Assembly: GCA_027491435.1 (NCBI GenBank)
Contig: JAOZFG010000002.1
Location: 1 to 23,918 of the forward strand
Length of the DNA stretch: 23,918 nucleotides
From: Thermoproteota archaeon
GTDB lineage: Archaea > Korarchaeota > Korarchaeia > Korarchaeales > Korarchaeaceae
Reading direction: 5' to 3'
The first letter of the stretch is position 1. Every line of letters begins with the position of its first letter. Under the pieces are notes generated by a model. It was not told where the DNA came from and did no database searches. It saw only the letters and a program-made list of their open reading frames with translations. The translations under genes were made by a program, and so were the position numbers. Positions 17,194 through 23,918 of the stretch are shown here, piece by piece.

Positions 17194-17997
17194 CCCAGAG
17201 GCCAGGGGAAGGGTTGTTTCCTCCCTTCCAGACCTTATAAGCCAAATTCCCCTCTTCTCTGCCTCTTCCTTTACCCCTTGAGCTACCCACATTGTGTATA
17301 CCACCTTTATAGCTTTTTTAGAGGCGTATTCCCTACGGATCTTCAGGAACTTCTCCATCCTCTCATCGGCTTTCACGAGCTGCTTAACCCCCAGCCTGAC
17401 CGTCGCCTCCCCTATAACTACGGCCTCGTCGTCCGAGCCGAACAGGTCAAATTCTACGTCCTCCAAGACTAAGGGTTCTAGCTTGATTGAGAACCCCTTT
17501 TCCCTGAGCATGTATTCCACGACTTCTCTAGCCTCCTCTTCTAGACTGAGGGACAGCCTTTCCAACATGGTCATCATTGAACGCTGCCCCTCCTTCAGAG
17601 AGGCCACGTCCTCCTTAAGGGAAGCTACGTCCTGCTTCAGATTGGACACGTCCTGCTTCAGGCTCGACACATCTTGCTTGAGAGAAGCTACATCTCCCTT
17701 CAGGCTCTTCACGTCCTTCTTGAGATTAGATACGTCCTGCTTCAAGCCAGCCACATCCTTCTTGAGGGAGGACACGTCCTCCTTTAGATCAGACACGTCC
17801 TCCTTCAGGCTCTTCACGTCCTTCTCGATAATGTTCAGCTTCTTGATTACCTCTTCAATTTTCTTACCGTGTAACTTCAGCTTTTCGAGTATCTCGTGAT
17901 AGCCCAGGTAAGCTGCCACAGCGTATCTGAACTCTTCGTCCTCCTTAAGGAGTTTAAGCATTCCCTTTTTTAAGGATTCCAGGGAAAGCTCGCTCAT
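17185..17997 (-). CDS. Coiled-coil repeat protein with C-terminal PD-(D/E)xK-like domain (archaeal DUF3782/paREP-like type)
   Basis: LLKEDEEFRYAVAAYLG N-terminus, 11 heptads, then EEEARE..VEFDL..IGEATVR..AEKRGIWL. TATA CTTAAATC (18020-18027) lies 22 nt before ATG 17997. Confidence 0.8.
   Translation of the reverse strand: MSELSLESLKKGMLKLLKEDEEFRYAVAAYLGYHEILEKLKLHGKKIEEVIKKLNIIEKDVKSLKEDVSDLKEDVSSLKKDVAGLKQDVSNLKKDVKSLKGDVASLKQDVSSLKQDVSNLKQDVASLKEDVASLKEGQRSMMTMLERLSLSLEEEAREVVEYMLREKGFSIKLEPLVLEDVEFDLFGSDDEAVVIGEATVRLGVKQLVKADERMEKFLKIRREYASKKAIKVVYTMWVAQGVKEEAEKRGIWLIRSGREETTLPLASGSG
17590..17820 (-). repeat. 11 x 21-bp tandem repeat encoding DVxxLKx heptads
   Basis: DVKSLKE, DVSDLKE, DVSSLKK, DVAGLKQ, DVSNLKK, DVKSLKG, DVASLKQ, DVSSLKQ, DVSNLKQ, DVASLKE, DVASLKE; exactly 231 nt. 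Confidence 0.92.
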
Positions 17998-18119
17998 CAA
18001 GTCAAAAAGAAGGGGCCACGATTTAAGGCTTACTTCCGCGGCAGTTTCACCTTAATTTCAACGTATTACCAGGCTGCCAACCGCACGCTACCGCTTTCAA
18101 CGCCAGGCCTTGATGAGCT

Positions 18120-18533
18120 CTAGGGCCACCGGATGAACCCCAATCCCTTAAGGATCTCCTCCAGCTCTGATAGATCTCTGACCAGAAAAAGGTGAGTCTC
18201 ATCCTCAGGCTTGTCAGAGCTTCCGAACCCCTTGATTATGGGTTTAGCTGCCGAAGCCACCGTCTTGGCTAGCCAGCTTTCATCAAAACCTCCTGGTAGC
18301 ACCCATGCCTCTACAGGTTCGCAGACCTCAGTCAGGTAATCTATATGCCACCTTTTCGCCTTCCCTTTTTTGAAGTGCCTCCTCAACCTAGCGTCAAGCC
18401 CTCCCGGCCCTCTGGCTGATCCCACGTATGCCAGTAGCCCCTCAGGCACCTCTACAGGGCCCAGAGATCCAATGTTAATCTTGAAGGACCTGCACTCAAT
18501 GATGAGCACGTACAAACCTTTCGTACCACTCAT
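18120..18533 (-). CDS. GIY-YIG (Uri superfamily, DUF123-like) nuclease
   Basis: KGLYVL, YVGSARGPGGL..RLRRH, WHIDYL, GFGSSD and THLF motifs. GGAGG precedes ATG 18533 (the ORF track extends to 18563). Confidence 0.85.
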   Translation of the reverse strand: MSGTKGLYVLIIECRSFKINIGSLGPVEVPEGLLAYVGSARGPGGLDARLRRHFKKGKAKRWHIDYLTEVCEPVEAWVLPGGFDESWLAKTVASAAKPIIKGFGSSDKPEDETHLFLVRDLSELEEILKGLGFIRWP

Positions 18534-19401
18534 TCGTCCTCCTGAGCCCCTCCTTAAGGTCAACTTTAGGCCTCCAACCCCTTAACATTAGCTTGGATGG
18601 ATCAGCGACGCTCCTCCTTATGTCGCCTTTCCTTGGAGGCGCATGCTCGACCCTGCACGGAATGCCAACCACCTCGCTTACGAGCCTGGCGAGCTCGATG
18701 ATTGATGTCTCCTTCCCCGTGCCCACGTTGTAGGCCCCTGTAAACTCCTCCTCTAAGGCCAGTTGAATGGCCCTCACCACGTCCTCAACGTAGATGAAGT
18801 CCCTTGTCTGTCTGCCATCACCTTCTATCCTGAAAGGTTCATTCCCATGGGCGAACTCTAGGAACTTAAGTATCACGCCGGAGTAGGGGCCGGGCCTCAT
18901 CCAAGGGCCGTAAACGTTAAAGAACCTTAAGGACACGGTGCTTAGCCCATAATTACCCGAGTAACCGTTGACTAACGCCTCTCCTCCCAGCTTGGTGGCC
19001 CCATAAACGTTCACGGGAAAGTTTGGGTGTCTTTCATCCACTGGAAGGTAGAGGGGCTCCCCGTAAACGGCCACGCTGCTGGCGTAAACGAACCTCCTCA
19101 CCCCCTGCCTCCTGGAGGCCTCTAGTAGGTTGAGGGTGCCCATCACGTTTATCTCAGTAGCTTCTTCAGGCTTCTCCGTAGCCTCCACGGCGCTCACCAT
19201 GGCTGCAAGGTGGACGACAGCCTCTATCCCCTCAACTGCCCTCTTCACCGTCTCGTAGTCCCTTATATCTCCCTTGACGTACTCCGCCTTGAAGTTTGGA
19301 CTCCTTAAATCCAGAACTCTGACCTCGTGCCCCTCCTCCGTTAAAAAGAGGGAGAGGTTTGTGCCTATGAAGCCAGATCCCCCCGTGACAAGTACCTTCA
19401 T
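18496..19401 (-). CDS. NAD-dependent epimerase/dehydratase (UDP-glucose 4-epimerase-like extended SDR)
   Basis: TGGSGFIG, HLAA, ASSVAVYG, YGATK (YxxxK), RFFNVYGP and DGRQTRDFIYVEDV. Confidence 0.92.
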   Translation of the reverse strand: MKVLVTGGSGFIGTNLSLFLTEEGHEVRVLDLRSPNFKAEYVKGDIRDYETVKRAVEGIEAVVHLAAMVSAVEATEKPEEATEINVMGTLNLLEASRRQGVRRFVYASSVAVYGEPLYLPVDERHPNFPVNVYGATKLGGEALVNGYSGNYGLSTVSLRFFNVYGPWMRPGPYSGVILKFLEFAHGNEPFRIEGDGRQTRDFIYVEDVVRAIQLALEEEFTGAYNVGTGKETSIIELARLVSEVVGIPCRVEHAPPRKGDIRRSVADPSKLMLRGWRPKVDLKEGLRRTNEWYERFVRAHH

Positions 19402-19410
19402 GAATAACCC

Positions 19411-20676
19411 CTAGAAGACGAACCTCTCCGGCTCTAGCCTCCTGCCCCTCACCTCCAACTTATTAGAGGGGATCTTATAGCCTCCGTAAAGCTCGGCGTA
19501 CTCCTTGCCCAAGAGGAGGGCTGCAGCTATCCTGCCTACGGCATCTCCCTTCAGTATACCGCTCCCGCTTCCGCCAGTGGCCACGACCATGTTTGAGCGT
19601 TTGAAAACGACGGGATTCTCGTCCACATAATTTATAGCGTAGAGACCAGCCCACATGTTGTCTATCCTCACGTCCTCGAACTGCGGGAAGTACTTCACTA
19701 TGATCGGGTATATATTGTCGTAGTAGTAGTTCTCCTCCGGGTTCTCGTCAGTGGAGAAGGGCCTATAGTAGTCTGAGAAGCCCATCCAGAAGGTGCCGTC
19801 CCTCCTGTCCACCCTGAAGTAGTGGCCTGTGGGCAGGAAGGTCATGGGGAGCACGCCGTACTCGTTAAACCCCTGGGTGTAGAAGAGGGCCTTCTGCTCC
19901 TCCGTCCTGGGCCTTATGGTGAATATCTGCCTCTTCTTGGGCCTGGCCAGGCACTCAATTCCCAGGGGATTGAGGAGATCCTGGGTCCAGCCGCCAGCCG
20001 CTATCACTAACCTGTCAGCCCTTATCTCACCCTTATTGGTCTTCACGCCAGCGAACCTTACCTGCTGCCAAGCCCTAGGTTCCCTAGGTATCCCCAGCTT
20101 AACTTCAGGCTCAACTATTATCCCCTCAACCCTGGTGTTGAAGATGAACTCAGCCCCTCCTGCCTTCAACTCGTCCCTGTAGAAGTAAGCTAACTTGTCA
20201 GCATCTATGTGGCCGCATTTAGGGCCGAAGAGCCCGTAATCCACGTTTTTAACTCCCAGGATTTCCGCCTCCTCGTCCCCGTCGAAGTCGAAGTTCATGT
20301 CTATCATCTTCTTGAGCTCTTCCTTCCTGTAGATTCGAAGCTTACCCTCCTTCTCCATCTGCAGTGCAGCGCCCTTTATCTCTTCGAACTGTTCTTTGCT
20401 CCTAAGTATCAGGTAACCGACTAACTCCATTCCCAGGTCCCTTCCGCCCTCCTGAATGCTGAGGTAGAAGCTTATGGAGCTGTCAGCTAGCATCCTGTTG
20501 GTTTCAGAGGTGAAGAGGTTCCTGAAACCCCCAGCGCTCTTGGCGGTGGCCCCCTGACCCACATCGCCCCTCATGTCCACTAGGGCTATTTTGAGACGAG
20601 GATTAGCTTCCATGACGTGATAGGCTGTAGCGAGGCCGAAAATTCCGGCTCCAACCACTAAGACGTCATAATCCAA
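19411..20676 (-). CDS. FAD-dependent oxidoreductase, DAO/sarcosine oxidase beta/dye-linked amino acid dehydrogenase family
   Basis: VVGAGIFG..AY, GATAKSAG, IAAGGW, WAGLY and GGSGSGI. GGTGA SD precedes the TTG start. Confidence 0.88.
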   Translation of the reverse strand: MDYDVLVVGAGIFGLATAYHVMEANPRLKIALVDMRGDVGQGATAKSAGGFRNLFTSETNRMLADSSISFYLSIQEGGRDLGMELVGYLILRSKEQFEEIKGAALQMEKEGKLRIYRKEELKKMIDMNFDFDGDEEAEILGVKNVDYGLFGPKCGHIDADKLAYFYRDELKAGGAEFIFNTRVEGIIVEPEVKLGIPREPRAWQQVRFAGVKTNKGEIRADRLVIAAGGWTQDLLNPLGIECLARPKKRQIFTIRPRTEEQKALFYTQGFNEYGVLPMTFLPTGHYFRVDRRDGTFWMGFSDYYRPFSTDENPEENYYYDNIYPIIVKYFPQFEDVRIDNMWAGLYAINYVDENPVVFKRSNMVVATGGSGSGILKGDAVGRIAAALLLGKEYAELYGGYKIPSNKLEVRGRRLEPERFVF

Positions 20677-20740
20677 GGGGATTCACCCCGACGAAGGGAA
20701 AGTAAAAATGAAAAAGTTATCCTGTTTTACGGGTGCGCTT

Positions 20741-22600
20741 ATGATAGAGAGGGTGAACTTCGTCCTCCTCCCTCGGTGGACGCCGCCCTTAATGTACGCC
20801 CTCCTCCTGGCGTTTACAGCAATATTCTTGAAGAACTTATGGGATGAGGTTAAGAAGTATGAACTTCTAATGGCCTTAAGGTCTTTAGACGCTGAATCCC
20901 TCCTCAGGGGGGCTAAGAGGGTCTTCTCCCAGAGGAGGGTTGTGGAGAGGTTGAGGGGGGCGCCTCACCTATTCCTCTTCTACGGAACCCTAGTCTTGGG
21001 CTTGGGGACCCTGACGGTGGCCCTGGACTCAGACGTCTTGGCTCACTTCGGGGTGAAACTCCTTAAGGGGATTAACTATCTGGTGTTCGAGTCCGTGATG
21101 GACGTCTTTGGCGTGCTCTTCCTTGTTGGGGGTCTTCTGTTATTGCCTTCAAGGGATAAGGAGGGCAAGCTCCTGCTGGGAGGCCTTCTCTACATAGGGG
21201 TGACTGGCTTCCTCTTGGAGGCCGTCAGGATATATCAGGGCTACTCCACCAGGAGCAGCGTGGTGGGCTTTGCCCTAGCTCCCTTGGTCGGTCCCCTTCT
21301 GTACCCAGCCTACGTGGTCATCTGGTGGAGCCACGCTCTACTAGCCTTTGCTATGGTCGCGTTCCTACCGAAGACCAACCTGTTCCACTCCTTGACCGCC
21401 CTCCTAACCTCTTCACTCCAGCCCGAGTTACCCTCGTACCCAAAGGAGCCCTTCCTCCTAACGGAGCTTGAGGATGAGGGAGAAGAGGAGATAAGGTTGT
21501 TCGAAACCGTGAAGGACCTGAGCTGGGAGGAGATATACCCGCTGGCCGCCTGCGTTAAGTGTGGCAGGTGCACGGACAGCTGCCCTGCCAACGCCGTTGG
21601 AAGGCCCCTCTCACCCAAGGATGTGGTTCAGGAAGTTAGGGACGCATTAACAGGGGAACTTCGTCTGGATGACGAGACCGTCTGGTCCTGCGTCTTCTGT
21701 GGGGCCTGCGCCACCTCCTGTCCCAACTACCTGAGCCCCTTCACCTACCTCATGGAGAGGAGGAGGTACCTGGTGATGGAGGGCTCCCTAGTCAAGGGAG
21801 GAAACGACCTGCTCAACAGCGTTGCCAGGTACAGGAACTCGATGGGAGTCCCACAGAGGGGGAGGCTCAGCTGGCTGGAGAGCGACGAGGATCCAGACTA
21901 TTACGTTTGGGTAGGCTGCCACCTCTCCTTCAGCCCTGAAGGTAAGAGGATAGTCAAGGAGTTCTTCGACCTGATGAGGGGTGCCGGGATAAAGCTCGCC
22001 CACTTCGGCGAGATGGAGACCTGTTGCGGCGAACCCGTCAGGAGGCTTGGAGAGGAGGGCAGGTTTCAGGAGCAGGTTCTCGAGAACGTGGAGCTCTTCA
22101 AGCAGCTGGGGGTCAAGAGGTTGATAGTGATGTGCCCTCACGGCCTAACGGTTTTCAGAAAGGAGTACCCCAGGATAGCAGACTTCGACGTGGAGGTTTA
22201 CTCCCACGTGGAGGTTCTGGCGGAGCTCTACAGGCAGGGCAAGCTAAGGACCAAGCAAGGGAAGGTCACGTTCCACGACCCCTGTAACTTGGCCAGGTTC
22301 AACGGGGTGGTTGAGGAGCCCAGGCTGCTGCTCTCTGGGGCCGAGTTCGTGGAGATGGAGAGGCACGGAAAGGACACCTTCTGCTGCGGAGCTGGAGGGG
22401 CTAACTACTGGTATAAGGTGGAGGAGGAGGTAAGCATGAGCAAGCTCAGGGTGGAGGAGGCCCTAAAGACGGGAGCTGAAAAGCTGGTCGTCGCCTGCCC
22501 GTTCTGCTATGCAATGCTGAGCGACGCCGTCAGGGGCATGGGGGTGGACGACAGGTTAAAGGTAGTGGAGATAACCGAGATGCTGGAGGTGACCCAATGA
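20741..22600 (+). CDS. Membrane-bound Fe-S oxidoreductase (FadF/HdrD-like: TM domain, 2x[4Fe-4S], 2 CCG domains)
   Basis: N-terminal TM helices with His residues, CVKCGRCTDSCP and CVFCGACATSCP, plus VGC, TCCG, CPH, HDPC, FCCGAGG and ACPFC. Start is 20741 or 20708. Confidence 0.9.
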   Translation: MIERVNFVLLPRWTPPLMYALLLAFTAIFLKNLWDEVKKYELLMALRSLDAESLLRGAKRVFSQRRVVERLRGAPHLFLFYGTLVLGLGTLTVALDSDVLAHFGVKLLKGINYLVFESVMDVFGVLFLVGGLLLLPSRDKEGKLLLGGLLYIGVTGFLLEAVRIYQGYSTRSSVVGFALAPLVGPLLYPAYVVIWWSHALLAFAMVAFLPKTNLFHSLTALLTSSLQPELPSYPKEPFLLTELEDEGEEEIRLFETVKDLSWEEIYPLAACVKCGRCTDSCPANAVGRPLSPKDVVQEVRDALTGELRLDDETVWSCVFCGACATSCPNYLSPFTYLMERRRYLVMEGSLVKGGNDLLNSVARYRNSMGVPQRGRLSWLESDEDPDYYVWVGCHLSFSPEGKRIVKEFFDLMRGAGIKLAHFGEMETCCGEPVRRLGEEGRFQEQVLENVELFKQLGVKRLIVMCPHGLTVFRKEYPRIADFDVEVYSHVEVLAELYRQGKLRTKQGKVTFHDPCNLARFNGVVEEPRLLLSGAEFVEMERHGKDTFCCGAGGANYWYKVEEEVSMSKLRVEEALKTGAEKLVVACPFCYAMLSDAVRGMGVDDRLKVVEITEMLEVTQ

Positions 22601-23073
22601 GGTTGATGAAGGGCGACATAACGGAGCTGGAGGTAGACGCAATAGTGAACCCCGCCAACACCAAGCTGTTAATGGGTGGAGGGGTTGCAGGGGCCATAAA
22701 GAGGAAGGGGGGAAGGGAGATAGAGGAGGAAGCCCTGAGAAAGGGACCGGTTCCCATAGGGGAGGCGGTGGTCACCGGGGCCGGGCGCCTTAGGGCTAGA
22801 TACGTGATCCACGCCCCCACCGTTATGACCCCTGGAGGGAGGAGCAGCCCCCAATATGTTAGGAAAGCTGTGAGGGCAGCTCTGAAGAAGGCCAAGGAGC
22901 TTGGGTTAAAAGTTGTAGCCTTTCCGGCAATGGGTTCGGGTGTTGGAGGAGTTCCCGTAGAGGTTTCAGCAAAAATATTAAAGGAGGAATCGGAGAACTC
23001 CGGGTTAGACGTCATCCTGGTCCTTTACACAGATGAGGATTATGAGAGGGCTGTGAAGGCACTGAGAGACTAA
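22597..23073 (+). CDS. Macrodomain (ADP-ribose-binding/hydrolase, Af1521-like)
   Basis: GDIT, AIVNPAN, GGGVAGAI, GEAVVT, VIHA and AFPAMGSGVGG. ATGA overlap with the upstream gene. Confidence 0.93.
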   Translation: MRLMKGDITELEVDAIVNPANTKLLMGGGVAGAIKRKGGREIEEEALRKGPVPIGEAVVTGAGRLRARYVIHAPTVMTPGGRSSPQYVRKAVRAALKKAKELGLKVVAFPAMGSGVGGVPVEVSAKILKEESENSGLDVILVLYTDEDYERAVKALRD

Positions 23074-23690
23074 GGAAAGCCGTACTCAGCGCAGTTTGGG
23101 CTGCCGAACTCGTGGGTTTTCATCGCCTCCTCCCTTCCTTTCTCGAAGAAGCCCTTCACTATCTGGGCGTGACCTTTGATCACGTCGAAGGCGCAGTCGT
23201 TGTCCGCCCACTTCTCTACAACTAGAACATCGCCCTGAAAGTACACCTTCGTGTGTATATATTTGGAGAGCTTGGCCTCAGCTTGAAACGCTGGATCATG
23301 AGCTCTAGGATTTCCTCCGCTTTCTAGGATGCACTTCATCTGCTCTATGTGATCCTTAAGCAATTTAAGGAGCTCTGGGTTCTGATTCACCTTTATCCTC
23401 CAGACTAACTTCCTCTCTTCGGGAAAGACCTGGTAAGAGGCCTCGAACTTGTCGTGGTTCTCAAAGAGTTCATTTATCAGGTGGCCTGGCGGGTTCTCAC
23501 CACACATGTTCATCATGCGCTCCATGTGACCATGTCTCCCTTCAGGAGGACCATGTTCGCCAGCAGGGAGACCGTGCCCCTCCTCAGGCCCTTCACCCGT
23601 CTCAACCTTTACAGGTTGGACCTGATAGTAAAGCAGTAAGGCGACTGCCGCGACAATTACTAAAGCTATAACTATTGGAACTGGTCTCAT
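23070..23690 (-). CDS. Membrane-anchored His/Met-rich hypothetical protein (possible metal binding)
   Basis: N-terminal TM helix, GHG..EHG..HGHMERMMNMC segment, HIEQM, HDP and HAQ. GGAG SD and TTTATAAG TATA (23722-23729) upstream. Confidence 0.75.
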   Translation of the reverse strand: MRPVPIVIALVIVAAVALLLYYQVQPVKVETGEGPEEGHGLPAGEHGPPEGRHGHMERMMNMCGENPPGHLINELFENHDKFEASYQVFPEERKLVWRIKVNQNPELLKLLKDHIEQMKCILESGGNPRAHDPAFQAEAKLSKYIHTKVYFQGDVLVVEKWADNDCAFDVIKGHAQIVKGFFEKGREEAMKTHEFGSPNCAEYGFP

Positions 23691-23918
23691 ATTCTACTCC
23701 TGGATTTGGTGTAAGGAAAGACTTATAAAGGTACCTACGGTGCCGTCAACTTAAGACCTCCACGCTTTAACGCCAGCGTGAGCACTTTCGTCGTCAGGCT
23801 GATACAAGGTACTGGCTCTTGAGGGTCATGTAGCTGATGATGTTGGAAGACATGAACTGGCCTTCCTAGCTGTTAGCAGGTAGCGCTCGCTGAATAGACG
23901 TCGAAACCTAAGCCTGTT

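Noticed and set aside
17294-17899. 201-aa plus-strand ORF
   Set aside because: Antisense shadow of the heptad-repeat gene.
18092-18106. CGCTTTCAACGCCAG resembling CGCTTTAACGCCAG near 23763
   Set aside because: Too short and gapped to distinguish from chance.
18111-18170. Possible C/D box sRNA antisense to the GIY-YIG 3' end
   Set aside because: Second guide region too long and D' box poor.
23835-23893. Possible C/D box sRNA (TGATGA ... CTGA)
   Set aside because: No clear internal D'/C' boxes or guide spacing.

Overview
Archaeal window. AGG/AGA and ATA codon bias, TATA boxes 20-22 nt before leaderless starts and a Csx1 gene all suggest a thermophilic Thermoproteota/Korarchaeia-like host (inference). 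In order it holds: an intact vapBC pair; about 2.8 kb of decaying DNA with a CPBP protease pseudogene and a second, broken vapBC; a 1468-aa membrane-anchored surface protein with Ca-binding-like repeats; carAB; and, on the minus strand, a Cys-rich gene, a beta-propeller gene and an orphan Csx1-like CARF-HEPN gene. These are followed by an intact CPBP protease, a heptad-repeat coiled-coil PD-(D/E)xK-like protein, a FAD oxidoreductase/epimerase/GIY-YIG operon, a FadF/HdrD-like Fe-S membrane oxidoreductase with a macrodomain gene, and a His/Met-rich membrane protein. The most striking observation is at carA. Its conserved N-terminus has no in-frame start codon, and the ATG at the expected leaderless position (8394) opens an 11-codon ORF containing a Ty1-like CTT-CGG-C site, which needs a +1 shift to enter carA. 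This is a candidate arginine-sensing programmed frameshift, but a simple indel or sequencing error cannot be excluded from this sequence alone.
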